A DNA stretch of 64,000 nt from assembly GCF_006345805.1 (NCBI RefSeq), contig NC_043013.1:57412001-57476000 (forward strand), written 5' to 3'. The notes below the pieces were generated by a model. It worked only from the letters and a program-made list of their open reading frames with translations, searched no databases and had not been told where the DNA came from. Below, piece after piece: positions 11,413 to 23,130 of this stretch; position 1 is the first letter of the stretch, and each line of letters begins with the position of its first letter. This stretch comes from Octopus sinensis. Taxonomy: Eukaryota. Both the position numbers and the translations under genes were made by a program.

Positions 11413-14267
11413 CGCGCGCAGCTGGGGAAGATGATGTATTTTAAATGTATCATCAATACAAAGGAATTTATTTCAGCAATGTTAACATAAATATAATATA
11501 GGTTTCTTTTAATACAATATCAATATTCTTTTATGCACAATACAATAATGTAACATTACAGAGAATACAGAAAAATTACATAATATAATATAAATATTAT
11601 ATCACAAACAACACGACAATACAATCATTATATCACACATTACACGCAGCATATTGAATATTGCACCCGATGCAGTAATATGTGACAGCACTTGCCTCGG
11701 CTATTACATCCCACACGCTCAGAATAAATAAATAAATAAATGGTGCCTCTATATTCAAATGTCGAAGGATGAGAAGAAAAGCAACACTGGTTTTCATTTG
11801 ATTTCTAAACAATCACAATAAAGCTGTACCAAGCTGGATCGAAATGTTAACAGCTGAATCCTGTGAAGTTATTAAACAACACGCAGAAAGATATATCGAC
11901 AGTTTCTGCTAATAGTCGCTCTTTATGCTTTATATTAACGCTTTCTTAGATCTATAAACTCATTTCATATATTATCTGGTATAAATTTAGGATCTTGTTC
12001 TTGTTTATAGCTAGGTCATCTCTAATTCGACCAACTTATTAAGCACATATGAATTGTGATCACTTCATTTATTTTCTGGAGGTGCATATTCAATGTGACC
12101 TTCTTATTTTAAGAAAGAAGAATGTGATTTAAGAGAGATTTCTTTACTATTACTATTAGAACAAGTGGCTGTATAGATGATGTCCCTAGCTGGTTTGCAG
12201 ATGAATTTGAGTTCATTAGTAGAACGATGTCCTCCAAGTAATCGCGTAGGATTTTATTGTGTTATTGTCGTTTTTGTTGCTGCATCAATATACAGCTTCC
12301 AGCGCGCTTTGAGAATTAGGAATTTCATTTAATGTAGCAAATCCCAGAGTTTAATCTCAGGAAACGAGCTTTGTAAGACGCAATTTAACTCATTGCAAAT
12401 GAAACTTCATTCTATTGAGTGTAAATGCTCAAGATATTAACACTTATCGAGACATTTATCTGTCATAGGTAACTCCTTCTTAACAAGTAAAACACTTCAC
12501 ATTTATATTTCATCTACAGTTATTATCCAAGAAATGAGGTGTGTGCGTATTTATTTTCCAGCTACTTTCTTTATGCGAAATACACAATACTATATTACGA
12601 TGAATTACATTTTTATGATTATGTTTCTTATATAGAATTCTTTTAATAAGACATGACGATTCTATCATGTACTATGCAATAATATAACCTCATAGTAAAC
12701 ACAGAAGAAATACATAATAAATATAAGCTTTTGTAACTTCACTGATGAATGCGTATGCCACATATGAAACTTTGAGATATGAATGTCTGAGTATCATGCT
12801 GTTATCCATTTTAATATCAGTTCATATAGAGTAAGCTGTTTGTAGAATAATTAAATAATTAACAGCCCATTAACATCTATTTCATGAATCGAGCTCTGTT
12901 GTAACATAAGCTTAGAATGTCGATAAGATGTAGAAATGTATATGGAGTTAGGTCTAACTTAGTTTAAATATACATATATATGGGTGGGTGTGTTTCAGTT
13001 AGTAAATATATATGTGTATATATGCGTGTGTGTGCACGTATGTGTGGGCGCGTGTGTGCGTGTGTATGTGTGTGTTTAATTTAATAACTATATATGTCTA
13101 TGTATGTGCATGTAAAAATCTCTTACTATTGTATATCTGCGAATGATACAACCATTGGCAAGAAAAATGTATAATCAGTTCGTTAGGAAGTAAATCCCTT
13201 GAGATATTTGTTCTGCACCAAATTACAAACACTTATATCTGTCCATCAGATTGATTCACCATAAACTTATAAGAGCAAATTCCATTTTCACAAATTGCCA
13301 TCAAAACTAAATAAACACTGCTCTGTCTGATCACAGTCTTTTTATAACTGAGTAAAGAGTCCATGTTTTCAAAACAAAATTCTCCAGAGAGAATTACAAA
13401 TAACATAAAAGTTCTGACACAGCTGTATTTTGATATTGAAGAACTTCAACATAAAAGAGAAAATATTTGAATATCGCAACAGTCTCAGAACTAAACCACC
13501 AGAACAGTTAATCCTTCAAACCTTTTATCTCGTCTAATTTACTTGTCATTTTCTTGATCATAGCAGAACGTATTAAGATGTGAAGAGGAGTTTTGAAAAC
13601 AACGTGATTTTGATAGATGATTCATTGAATGATAAGATCTATTTAATGGGACATTATTTTTATTTGCTGTAAATAACACAGGGTCCTAATGCTTCAGTAG
13701 TTTCACGAGCAATGATATTGGTTTACTGAGTTTCTGTGTGGCTGAAGATCTTTGAAAAATCTGCTTCACGTTAAATATTAACTTCCTCAAATCCTCCGAG
13801 AATTAAGCTTCTTGTAAATAACAATCAGTGAGGCAGTTATTTTCTTTTCGTACACTGGTCGGGTATAAGAAGGGGGGGGGACTCGATGCAGCAAATACGC
13901 ACAATGGCAGTAATTCAAATAGTATGAGATTTAGTCTAATGCATAATGTATTTTCTACGCGTCCTGAATCCTCTCATATTTCAATGAACGAGGAATAGAT
14001 GGGAATGGAAGAGGATGAGAAGGAGTAGAAGCAGGAGGAGGAGGCAGAGGAGACGAGGCAGAGGAGATGAGGCAGAGGAGGAGCTTAAAATCTCTGATTG
14101 TTTATATAGCCTGATGAGCTGATGTAGATAGCATCCAGTTTGAACACCTTTTGGCCTGCAGTAAAAACACAGGCCAGGAGAAAACCCTAGAAAAGTGTGA
14201 TTCTAGACAGGAAAGACTGAGAAAATATTTAGTGCAATATTTGGATATATAAAAGAAATATACGATA

Positions 14268-14315
14268 GAAGAAGAAGAAGAAGAAGAAGAAGAAGAAGAA
14301 GAAGAAGAAGAAGAA
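14268..14315. repeat. (GAA)n microsatellite
   Basis: Read directly. Confidence 0.95.
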
Positions 14316-14699
14316 AGAGGTACTTTATGTATAATGGAAGTAAGTATGGGAGAAGTATGTCTCAATTCAGAGTCAGTTGTTTAAAGGTATATGAGGGAGA
14401 GAAAGAGAAGGTCAAAGTGTTGAGTAGCTTTCTTTTGAATAAAGTGATATATGTATGAGCAGAGCAGCACCTATGACCCCTCCCCACTTCTACCCAGTTA
14501 TGTGAAATATTTCGTGGTCGTTACGAAGAGTATATCGTTCGACTATGAAGAAGCCTGCTTTGTTAAAGATATCCATCTGTGAAGACAATGAGATGTCATG
14601 GGATGCTGTGAGATGAAGCAATTTTAACAAGTTTGCATTATTGTTTAGACGTGTGTAAGCTGTAATTTGGTACACCTATGATTAAAAGACACTTCAGGT

Positions 14700-14830
14700 A
14701 TGACCATCCTGCCTATTGGTCACACTTAATATCTGTAGTATCAATTCATCCAATAAGTCAGTGTTTTAAAACGATGAGTCGTGATTTGAGGGAGATTTGG
14801 CTCCAATGTCTCGCAAGCCCTCACAGAGGC
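14700..14830 (+). mobile_element. Copy of a dispersed short repeat family (motif GTGATTTGAGGGAGATTTGGCT); related copies near 12085-12190, 16385-16450 and 34905-35050
   Basis: The motif or its reverse complement recurs at several loci in the window; class not determined. Confidence 0.5.
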
Positions 14831-17500
14831 TCCCCTTGTCGGCCTGGTGCAGTTGTTTTAGTTATATGTTGTTTAAGTGAAAGGAAAGTGTAAGGCAGTA
14901 AAATTTCCCTCACAAGTTGACGTGTCTTTGTTTTGTTGAGGGGAAACTAAATCGTCATATTTTTAACACTTTTCAGATCTTTATGAAGATATAAATGTCT
15001 CGTATAGACGCCAAGCTGTGTGCAGAGAGCTGGCGGCAATCGAATGTTGTTTGGCTACCGTATTGGTTTGAAGGAGGTTAAAAGTAAAGCAATAGTGGGT
15101 AAAGGGTTAATATGCAGAGGGATATTATAAAAGGCATAAAGGAATTTTTGAAGTAGATAACTGTTGATTAAATATTTGACAGATTCAGCAGTCTTAATCA
15201 TTAGAAATATAGGAATGGCTTGGTACGAAACTTCTGCTTCTAAAATGCAGACAGATTTAAACTATAGTACATCAACTTAACTGGTATGTTCCATGCTGAT
15301 ACAGATAAAAGTGTAAATTAGTAAATTCTCCGTGGCTTTGTTGCAGAGAATTAGATCTCTGATTCTTGTACACACACACACACACACACACAAAATGCAC
15401 AAAACACAAACACAACACACACACACACCACACACACACACACAAAATGCACAAAACACAAACACAACACACACACACACACACACGTGCATATGCATGT
15501 CAATGAGTGGTGTAGCATTCTCTTCACTCATTGTCTTCGTTTCTTAATGTCACACAATCCAAAGAAATTTATTAACTGTTATTTCGGTCTTTGGGTGTAT
15601 TTAGGTTTCCCCTTGCAACTATGGCTTCCAGTTAAATTCGGCAGCTCGGTGAGTTTTGATGGCAGTGCTGCAGGCTTCATACAGCATCCAACAACATATT
15701 TCAGCTTTCAATTGTAAAGAAGAGCAACTTAAAAGAGGATAGATGGCCATCACTATTATCGCCGTAATATTGACATAAAGTGGTAGAAAATAATTTTAAT
15801 GTCATGTCAAGATATCCGTGATACAAACATTCCCTCTTAAACCTCACACATATCTACGAATAAAAACTTATAATCATATTAGTTTTACTAACAACTTTAT
15901 ATTTATTTCGGCTATTCACAAACTTCAGTCGTTCGAAATTAGTTTCTTGTCATTTCATTTTTTTAATAGTGTAGCTTCTGTAGAGTGTATTCTGTACTAA
16001 ATAATTTCATAATGAAACATTAATGACATAAAGTCATAATAAAGGCAAGATAAATGATTCGAATCAGCGAAACTAGAATAAATTCTAATGAAAATCCATA
16101 TATGAAATATTCATAAATACCGTTAGAAGTTTTAACATATGGCATACACGTGCATCATAAATTTAGCAGAAGTAAATTATCGACACAACAGTTCACTGCT
16201 ACTTGTATTTGTTGGGGAATAAAGTATGAGGTTGGTGACAGTTGCAGGTGTTAGTAGAGTAATAAGATTTCTTCAACTATGAGGTTATTGTGTGATGAAC
16301 TCATAATGCGCCGTATGGAAAGATGGCGGAGGCGGCCGCCAGAAGCAGGAGAGCTCAACTAAATGAATTACATATATTTTGTATCAGCGTCGCCCTCACT
16401 CGACAAGCTAGAAGTTGCAACGAAATTCCTTCACATCGCATTATCTCTTATGATAAAAGGCAGATTTTCTCTGCCTGTTCCCATGTTTCTTTTTAATACA
16501 ATTCTACAATATAGAATTTCTTCAATTGGAATTTACCTATGATTTTTCCAAGTAGATTCGATTGGATCATGGCATGTAAAGTTTTTTTCAATTTGACCCC
16601 CAATTAAGCAAAAATTCGAGAAAACTGAATATTTTACGATTTGCATCTCTCATTTCAAGTGGTTTACTCCTGCTATTACCACCACATTTTCTCCTACTTT
16701 CTCTTTGCAAGTGTGAAACTATTAAAGTGAAAGTATTATATAACAGGGATGAGCCATTAATACTGGTCATCGTTTTTGCTAGAGGAAGATCCGCTATGGT
16801 ATTTTATGCTACACCACTGGTTTTCAATTCTTATTAATCAAATTAATATTCAGGTTTTCACCCTTATTATGTGTGTGTGTGTATTAGCAATTCGTATAAA
16901 ATTGCATCAATGACTTGAACTTGAAGAAGTGGTTTCACATAAATGGCGATAAATTAAAAAGGTTTGTTGTTATTATTATTACTGTTTGACTATTGTAATC
17001 ACGTTTGTTGGTTCCTCGTCAGGGAAACGTTGTTGTGTTGCATTTGTTAAATAATTGTAAACCATAACCCTCCCCCTTTCGGAGAAGGGGCTTTGGTTAT
17101 TGTTTAAAAATTGAATTGTGTCCCTGTTTGGGGAAATTGACAATATTTTCACCGTCTTTACGGAAGCATTTTTGTTAAAATGCCTTCCATAGAAGAAAGT
17201 CCAAAAATGAATTTCGCTGCAGCCGTACACTTCTATACAAGAGGGAGGACAAGATCCAATTGATCGAAATTGCAAGAGACGGGCCTACAATTCCAGTCTG
17301 TTATATATTTTGAGTATTGTTATCACTAGCGATATCAAGATATAACTTTGTATTTTGTATTTTATGTGTAGATGTACATGTACTTTGTACACACATATAT
17401 ATACACATATATACATGCATAATATATCTACCCATACACACATATGCACACACACACACACACATATACATAGGGGCAGGTGTGGCTGTGTGGTAACAAA

Positions 17501-19404
17501 CTACATTCGAAGATACTGTACTTGATATGGGCGGTAGTGCCTTGCCGGTCTATGGCCTACCTTCAACAAATCGGGAAGGCACAAACACTCTCTCTTCACA
17601 TTTGCTGCGTGAGACATGTTTTAATGTTGACGAGCTTGTCGTGTACATAGCCGACAATGAGCCAAAGCTCCTTCAAGAATAGAAGTTCGCTTACAACTCC
17701 GTTGTTAATTCAGTCCGGGCCAAAGCTGGGAGGATTTGTTTCCTGGACGCTCCTGGGGGCAATGGGAAAACTTTTGTCAACAAATTAACATTGGCTGAGA
17801 TTAGGCGAACACAAGGCATTGCCCTAGCTGTGCTATCATCTGGAATTGCGGCTACTTTCTGGCCAGGCGGCAGGACAGCTCATTGTTAAAACGCCTTCTG
17901 ATCTCAGAGATGCAGTGTTCCCAGATCTACAAGCTAATTATCAGAATATGGATTGGATTGGCCAAAGGGCTATTCTGGCCCCGAGGAATAAAACTGTTCA
18001 CCATATTAATGATGAAAGGCTAAAACTCATTCCTAGGGATGTCTATGTATATAAGTCTATCGATACAACTCCTGATGTCATCAGCTATCCAATAGAGGTA
18101 CTCAATTCCTTTGAGCCCCCCGGACTACCACCACACATTCTCAAACATAAAGTTGGTGCCCCTATAATGCTCATTAGAAATTTGGTTCCCCCAAAACAAT
18201 GCAATGGCACACGTTTGATCGTTAAGTCCTTATCTCTCAATCTGATTGAGGCCACCATTATCACATGGTGCGGTCGAGGCAACGTTGTGCTCATACCTAG
18301 GATGCATCTTTTCCCATCAGGAGCAGACCTACCTTTCATATTTCGGAGGTGCAATTTCCCAGTAAGGCCATGTTTCGCAATGTCAATTAACAAAGCGCAG
18401 GGTCAAACACTGTCTGTGGCGGGAATACATTTGGGAGAGCCATGTTTCTCTCATGGTCAGCTTTATGTTGCCTGCTCGCGTGTCGGCAGCAACAGTGATG
18501 CTTTCGCATTCGTTCCACAACGAAAAACAAAAAACATTGTGTACAAGGAGGTTTTATAGGATTACTATGTTTATAGGATTACTATTTTCGAACACGTTAG
18601 TATTTCACTTACATACGACTCTCTATGATGGCATTTACATTTTTAGGCGTTTCATGACATTAATTCGCACTTAACCATCACCTGTCCTTCGCTCACCTCT
18701 ATTTCTATCCATTCATCACCAAACCACCAGCCTCATCTTCTATATCCAACGTACATGACACATCTACCCCCTACATCTACACTCTCACTGTTAAAGTTTA
18801 CATAAGCGATAACACGATCGCAACATACACTTGGGAAACTAAGCAACAGATCATTTTATACGACAACAAATTTAATCATAACGCCCATCAATGAAAACAT
18901 CTCCACCACTGTGTTGTGATTCATCTATTCAACACCACTACAGTCTTGCCGGTCTGACATATGGTGAATAGATGCTATTGTTCTATATTTTATAAATTAC
19001 CCATATTTACTTACCCATGCTTCATTCCCCTCTTGCCTACATAGGGTATCCATTCGCTTTTAACACAGCATGAAGTTTTGTAATAGCACATCCGCTGCCG
19101 TTCGTGCAAAACGAAGAGACCCTTTTCACCTGCGAACGTTTTACACCGCCTTCCACGACTATCAAATTCTTACAATTATGAGAACAATAACATGGCTCTT
19201 TTCAAGGCAACCTCGCATTCAATTCTTACACCATTCTACGAGGGGGTAGGAACCCCTTTACACGGCTTTCTATACACTTACAAATACATTCATTCGCCGT
19301 AAACTTATATCAATATTTGCCTGAATAATCATCATAATTCAGTGCAATCATTAACAGTACTTTCAAGCAATTCAGCCCCGAGCATCGCCGGGCAATTCTG
19401 CTAG
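17501..19404 (+). mobile_element. Helitron remnant, 5'-truncated and internally deleted, with intact 3' terminus
   Basis: PIF1-family Walker A DAPGGNGKT (17746-17772), GIAAT and GRTAH motifs; 3' hairpin GCCCCGAGCATCGCCGGGC (19375-19393) then CTAG|T at 19401-19405. Confidence 0.92.
17846..18559 (+). pseudogene. Helitron Rep-helicase C-terminal fragment (PIF1-like SF1B helicase)
   Basis: ORF contains RAILAPRN, GLPPH, GAPIMLIRNL, CNGTRL, FAMSINKAQGQTL, FSHGQLYVACSRV and KNIVYKEVL, typical of Helitron helicases. Confidence 0.92.
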
Positions 19405-19591
19405 TTCTGTTATAAAATAAGACGGACGCAAATGATAACAAAGTCCATAGATTATATACAGTTAAAGATGGCACGACCCACACTGACATACTTTAAATGA
19501 TATGTTTATGGTGGACCAAATGCTAATTAGTAAGAAGGGACAAAATTTCATTGGAGAGAAGTCACGAAACACTCTTTCATACTTTCTCTTT

Positions 19592-19634
<43 letters not shown>

Positions 19635-19704
19635 GTGTGTGTGTGTACATATAAATGAATGAATGAATGCATGTTTGTATACAACGACCAACATGTATAT
19701 GTAT

Positions 19705-19736
<32 letters not shown>

Positions 19737-19753
19737 GTAAGTGTACACATGCA

Positions 19754-20326
19754 CATCATCATCATTTCGCGTCCGTTTCCCTCACTGGTATGGGTAAGAT
19801 GGTTTGACTGGAACTGGTAAACCGGAGAGCTGCACCAAGCTCCAGCTGTTTTGGTTTTGTGTCTATGATTGGATACCCTTCCTAACGCCAACCACTCCAC
19901 TAAGTTTACTAGCTGTCTTCTATCTGTCACTGGCACTGGTGCCTTCCATATGTCACTGGCGCTGGCCACGACTACGATTCCAGTTACCTTCACATATCTT
20001 CTCGAGCGCAGCAAATCGCCGACAGTGTCGGTCTCTTGTCATCGCCTCCTTGAGACTAAACAACAGAAGAACATATTTCACCAATTCATCCTCCTGAGTC
20101 TACGCCTTCCACAGGTTCCATCTACAGTGAGAGACTGATAAAACCTTACGCAGCCGTCCTCGTCTAAACGCATCACAAGGCCATAATAGCTTCATTTCTT
20201 TGGAGATTTCGCATTCCCTCTGCAGTCACAGCATATGTTTCTCTGCCATGTAGCGTGCTTGGCTGTTCGCACGCAGGCATCATACAATATGCCATTCACT
20301 CTGAGAGAGAGGCTGTTTGTTACCAA
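19754..20326 (-). mobile_element. RTE-clade LINE 3' fragment with (GAT)n tail
   Basis: Minus translation LSLRVNGILYDACVRT..LHGRET..VMRLDEDGCV..TVDGTCGRRR matches the RTE C-terminus; 3' UTR GGTTGGCGTTAGGAAGGG; ends in ATGATGATG. Confidence 0.8.
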
Positions 20327-20339
20327 CAATTGTACTCAA

Positions 20340-20565
20340 TCCTATTGCAGCTTCAACACTTTCTAAGGCAACTGGAAATGCCATACAAGATTGATGTCTT
20401 GCAAAAAAGCATCCTTATAGGCACAACGCACATCTTAAGGAAAGTATTATCTGTCTGCAGTCCTTGTTGTGACTTGATAGATGACTATAGTCTCCGGACA
20501 ATTTTTACCTACACTGTGTTACGAAGGAATAATAATAATAATAATAATAATGATAATAATAATGA
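20340..20565 (+). mobile_element. R4/Dong-clade LINE extreme 3' fragment with (AAT)n tail
   Basis: LQKSILIGTTHILRKVLS matches the C-terminal QKxALLGTAHILRKxL motif also seen at 49073 and 52652; followed by (AAT)n. Confidence 0.75.
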
Positions 20566-20964
20566 TATGTAAAAGAACGCAACAAAATACAAACTACATG
20601 TTCCCTCATCAACGTATTCAACAGTAAACACTAGGTTACTGAAGTAATCAATAAATAAAAGCTAATAAAGAGATGCAATGATATAATCGATCAGACCAAT
20701 CAGAAACTCAGCAAGAATGCACGCCTACAACTCTGAATACAGACATGCTGCAAAACCAAATTGTATTAGTTCACGCCTGTGGATGGTAATAAAATGAAAC
20801 TTAAGTTATTAAATAAACATTCAGCTTCTATAAACATTATACTCTAAAACTTGTATTGAATATTTGTCTCTCATTTCTTCGACACATTCGAATATTTGAA
20901 TTGTGTGTGTGTGTGTGTGTATGTGTTTTTGTTTGCTGCATGTGTGTGTGTGTATATATATATA

Positions 20965-21023
<59 letters not shown>

Positions 21024-22085
21024 ACATAATTCCTATATGCATATATATGTATATACACATGACAACACCTAAACAGACATATATACACCCTCTTACTTCA
21101 TCGATTAAATCTAAAGGCTGCTCGTCGATGTTACTTCTTGATTTTAGTTTAATCCGTCTTTCTCTCTCTCTTTCTCTCACTCTCCCTCTCTCTCACACAC
21201 ACACGCGCACACACGCACACACAGACACACACACACACTTGTTAGCTGTCAGCATGTGTCTGTGTCTGTCTACTTAATGAGCTAGCTATATAAATATATC
21301 TGTGTGGGCGTACATACGTACATATATATATATATGTTTGGGAGTATATTATTACATTTTGTGTAGCAATATTTCCGAGTACAAACCAAAACATGTAACA
21401 AGAGACCGTCAGCAGAATTCTTCCGTTAATTTAGTGGTGATATTCTTGAAACTCCAGTCTTCTCTTGACTTATATTATTGATAGGAAATAGTCTTGTCTT
21501 TTCGTAGTTCTCGTGCAGTGCGGTCGTAATAGTCTATCAACCTTTGTTGTTTCACAGCTGACGTCAATAAAGTTGTTGTTGTTGTCGCCGTCGTCATTGC
21601 TTTCATGTTGTGTTGCTGCTGTTTAGGTTATTCTGTTGTTTAGAACAACATAAAGTAACCACGCCTTGACCTGTGCTTCACCTTGATCTGCTTACGATCA
21701 AATGAAACAACTTTCAGGCTCTGGCAAGAACAGAACTGAAGCCCTAAAAGCAATATCAGAGACAGCAGGGAGGTGTTCCAGTTGGATCTGGTCGAAGAGC
21801 AACAAAAATTACTTCCACACCGCTTGAGCGCAAAACTATTGTATTTTAATACTAAGGGAAGTGATTCTGAGCGAGTCTTTGTGTCATCGGCGAAACGTCT
21901 ACGCTACCATGACAACCGACGATACGTCTTATTTAAATATAAGTTTGAAAGCCGAGTCAACGTAGTGGAATTACAACATTATGAAATCTCTTAGAATCTT
22001 AAATAAATGTCTCCGATATCCAAGTGGTTAAAACGTGTCAGCAGAAGGGCATCGAGGAGTCAAGTGGTGGATGCGGTCCGGACGC

Positions 22086-22142
22086 CTTAGAATGTAAGAA
22101 GTTAAGGGCTTCTAAGAAGCCCTTAACTTCTTACATTCTAAG
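22086..22142. repeat. Perfect 27-bp inverted repeat with 3-nt loop
   Basis: CTTAGAATGTAAGAAGTTAAGGGCTTC-TAA-GAAGCCCTTAACTTCTTACATTCTAAG. Confidence 0.95.
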
Positions 22143-22687
22143 ACCTGCTGTTCAGCTTTCTTGAGTGTTTCTTACCACCGATCACGAAGAACCAATGCAA
22201 CGTTAGGCAGAATATCGAAATCTACGTACCGTAAGAGGTTCTTTCTTTAGGGTATGATGCATACTGAAAAAATTAACTGCTATTTCTAATAGCTTGAATG
22301 ACCACACAGAGGGCCCCCTACGCCTATTGGTTACTGCTACCACTTTTCCACAGATACATGTTTATGGCTATCACGTTATTCTAGTCTTCATCTCATATCT
22401 TTTATTTATCCTAACAGTAGATACTTCATTTAGAGAGTACAACATTTACTTCCCGTTTTCCCTGACTTTCACCGTTATTTATTCTGTTATATGGCAGAGA
22501 TATACTGATTAAATTTCTCTTCATATTGAGTTTCTTTTGTTGTAATCAAAATATTCTGCTTTCACATTCTATCGATGGAATCATATTTATTGGGTATGTT
22601 CTTCTGGTTTTATTTTTCAAATTTATTCTCCAAGAGAGAGAATAGCACGTTTACTGGAAATCTGAATATAACAGGGTTGTCATGTAT

Positions 22688-23130
22688 TTATGTATGAATG
22701 TATGTATGTATGTACGTATGTACGTATGTATGTATGTATGTATGAATGTATGTATGTATGTATGTATGTATTTATGTATTTATCTATGTATGTATTGATG
22801 GATGGATGGATGGATGGATGCACGTATGCATATGTGCAGATTTGTATGCCTTGTTGTATGCATGTGTTGTCATGCTTATAGTTTCATATCGAGACGTACT
22901 CAGATATTTAAATCATAAATTAGTGGAAGGTTTTACAGATTTTTGTATGTTTGTTATGCGTGCATGCATGTATGTGTCTTCGTATGTATTTATGCATTTC
23001 TGTGTTTCTATGTATTTATGCATGTGTGTGTGAGTATATATGTGTTTCTATGTATACATTCATATATGTATGTTTGTATGTATGAATATATATATAAATG
23101 TGTGTGTGTGTATGTATGTAAATATGCATG
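22688..23130. repeat. (TATG)n/(GATG)n degenerate tetranucleotide microsatellite
   Basis: Read directly; a similar tract lies at 25030-25150. Confidence 0.9.

Noticed and set aside
14108-14135. CTGATGAG hammerhead-like half motif
   Set aside because: No GAAA follows the putative stem II.
21866-21905. GAAACGTC hammerhead-like half motif
   Set aside because: No correctly spaced CUGANGA core or paired stem II.
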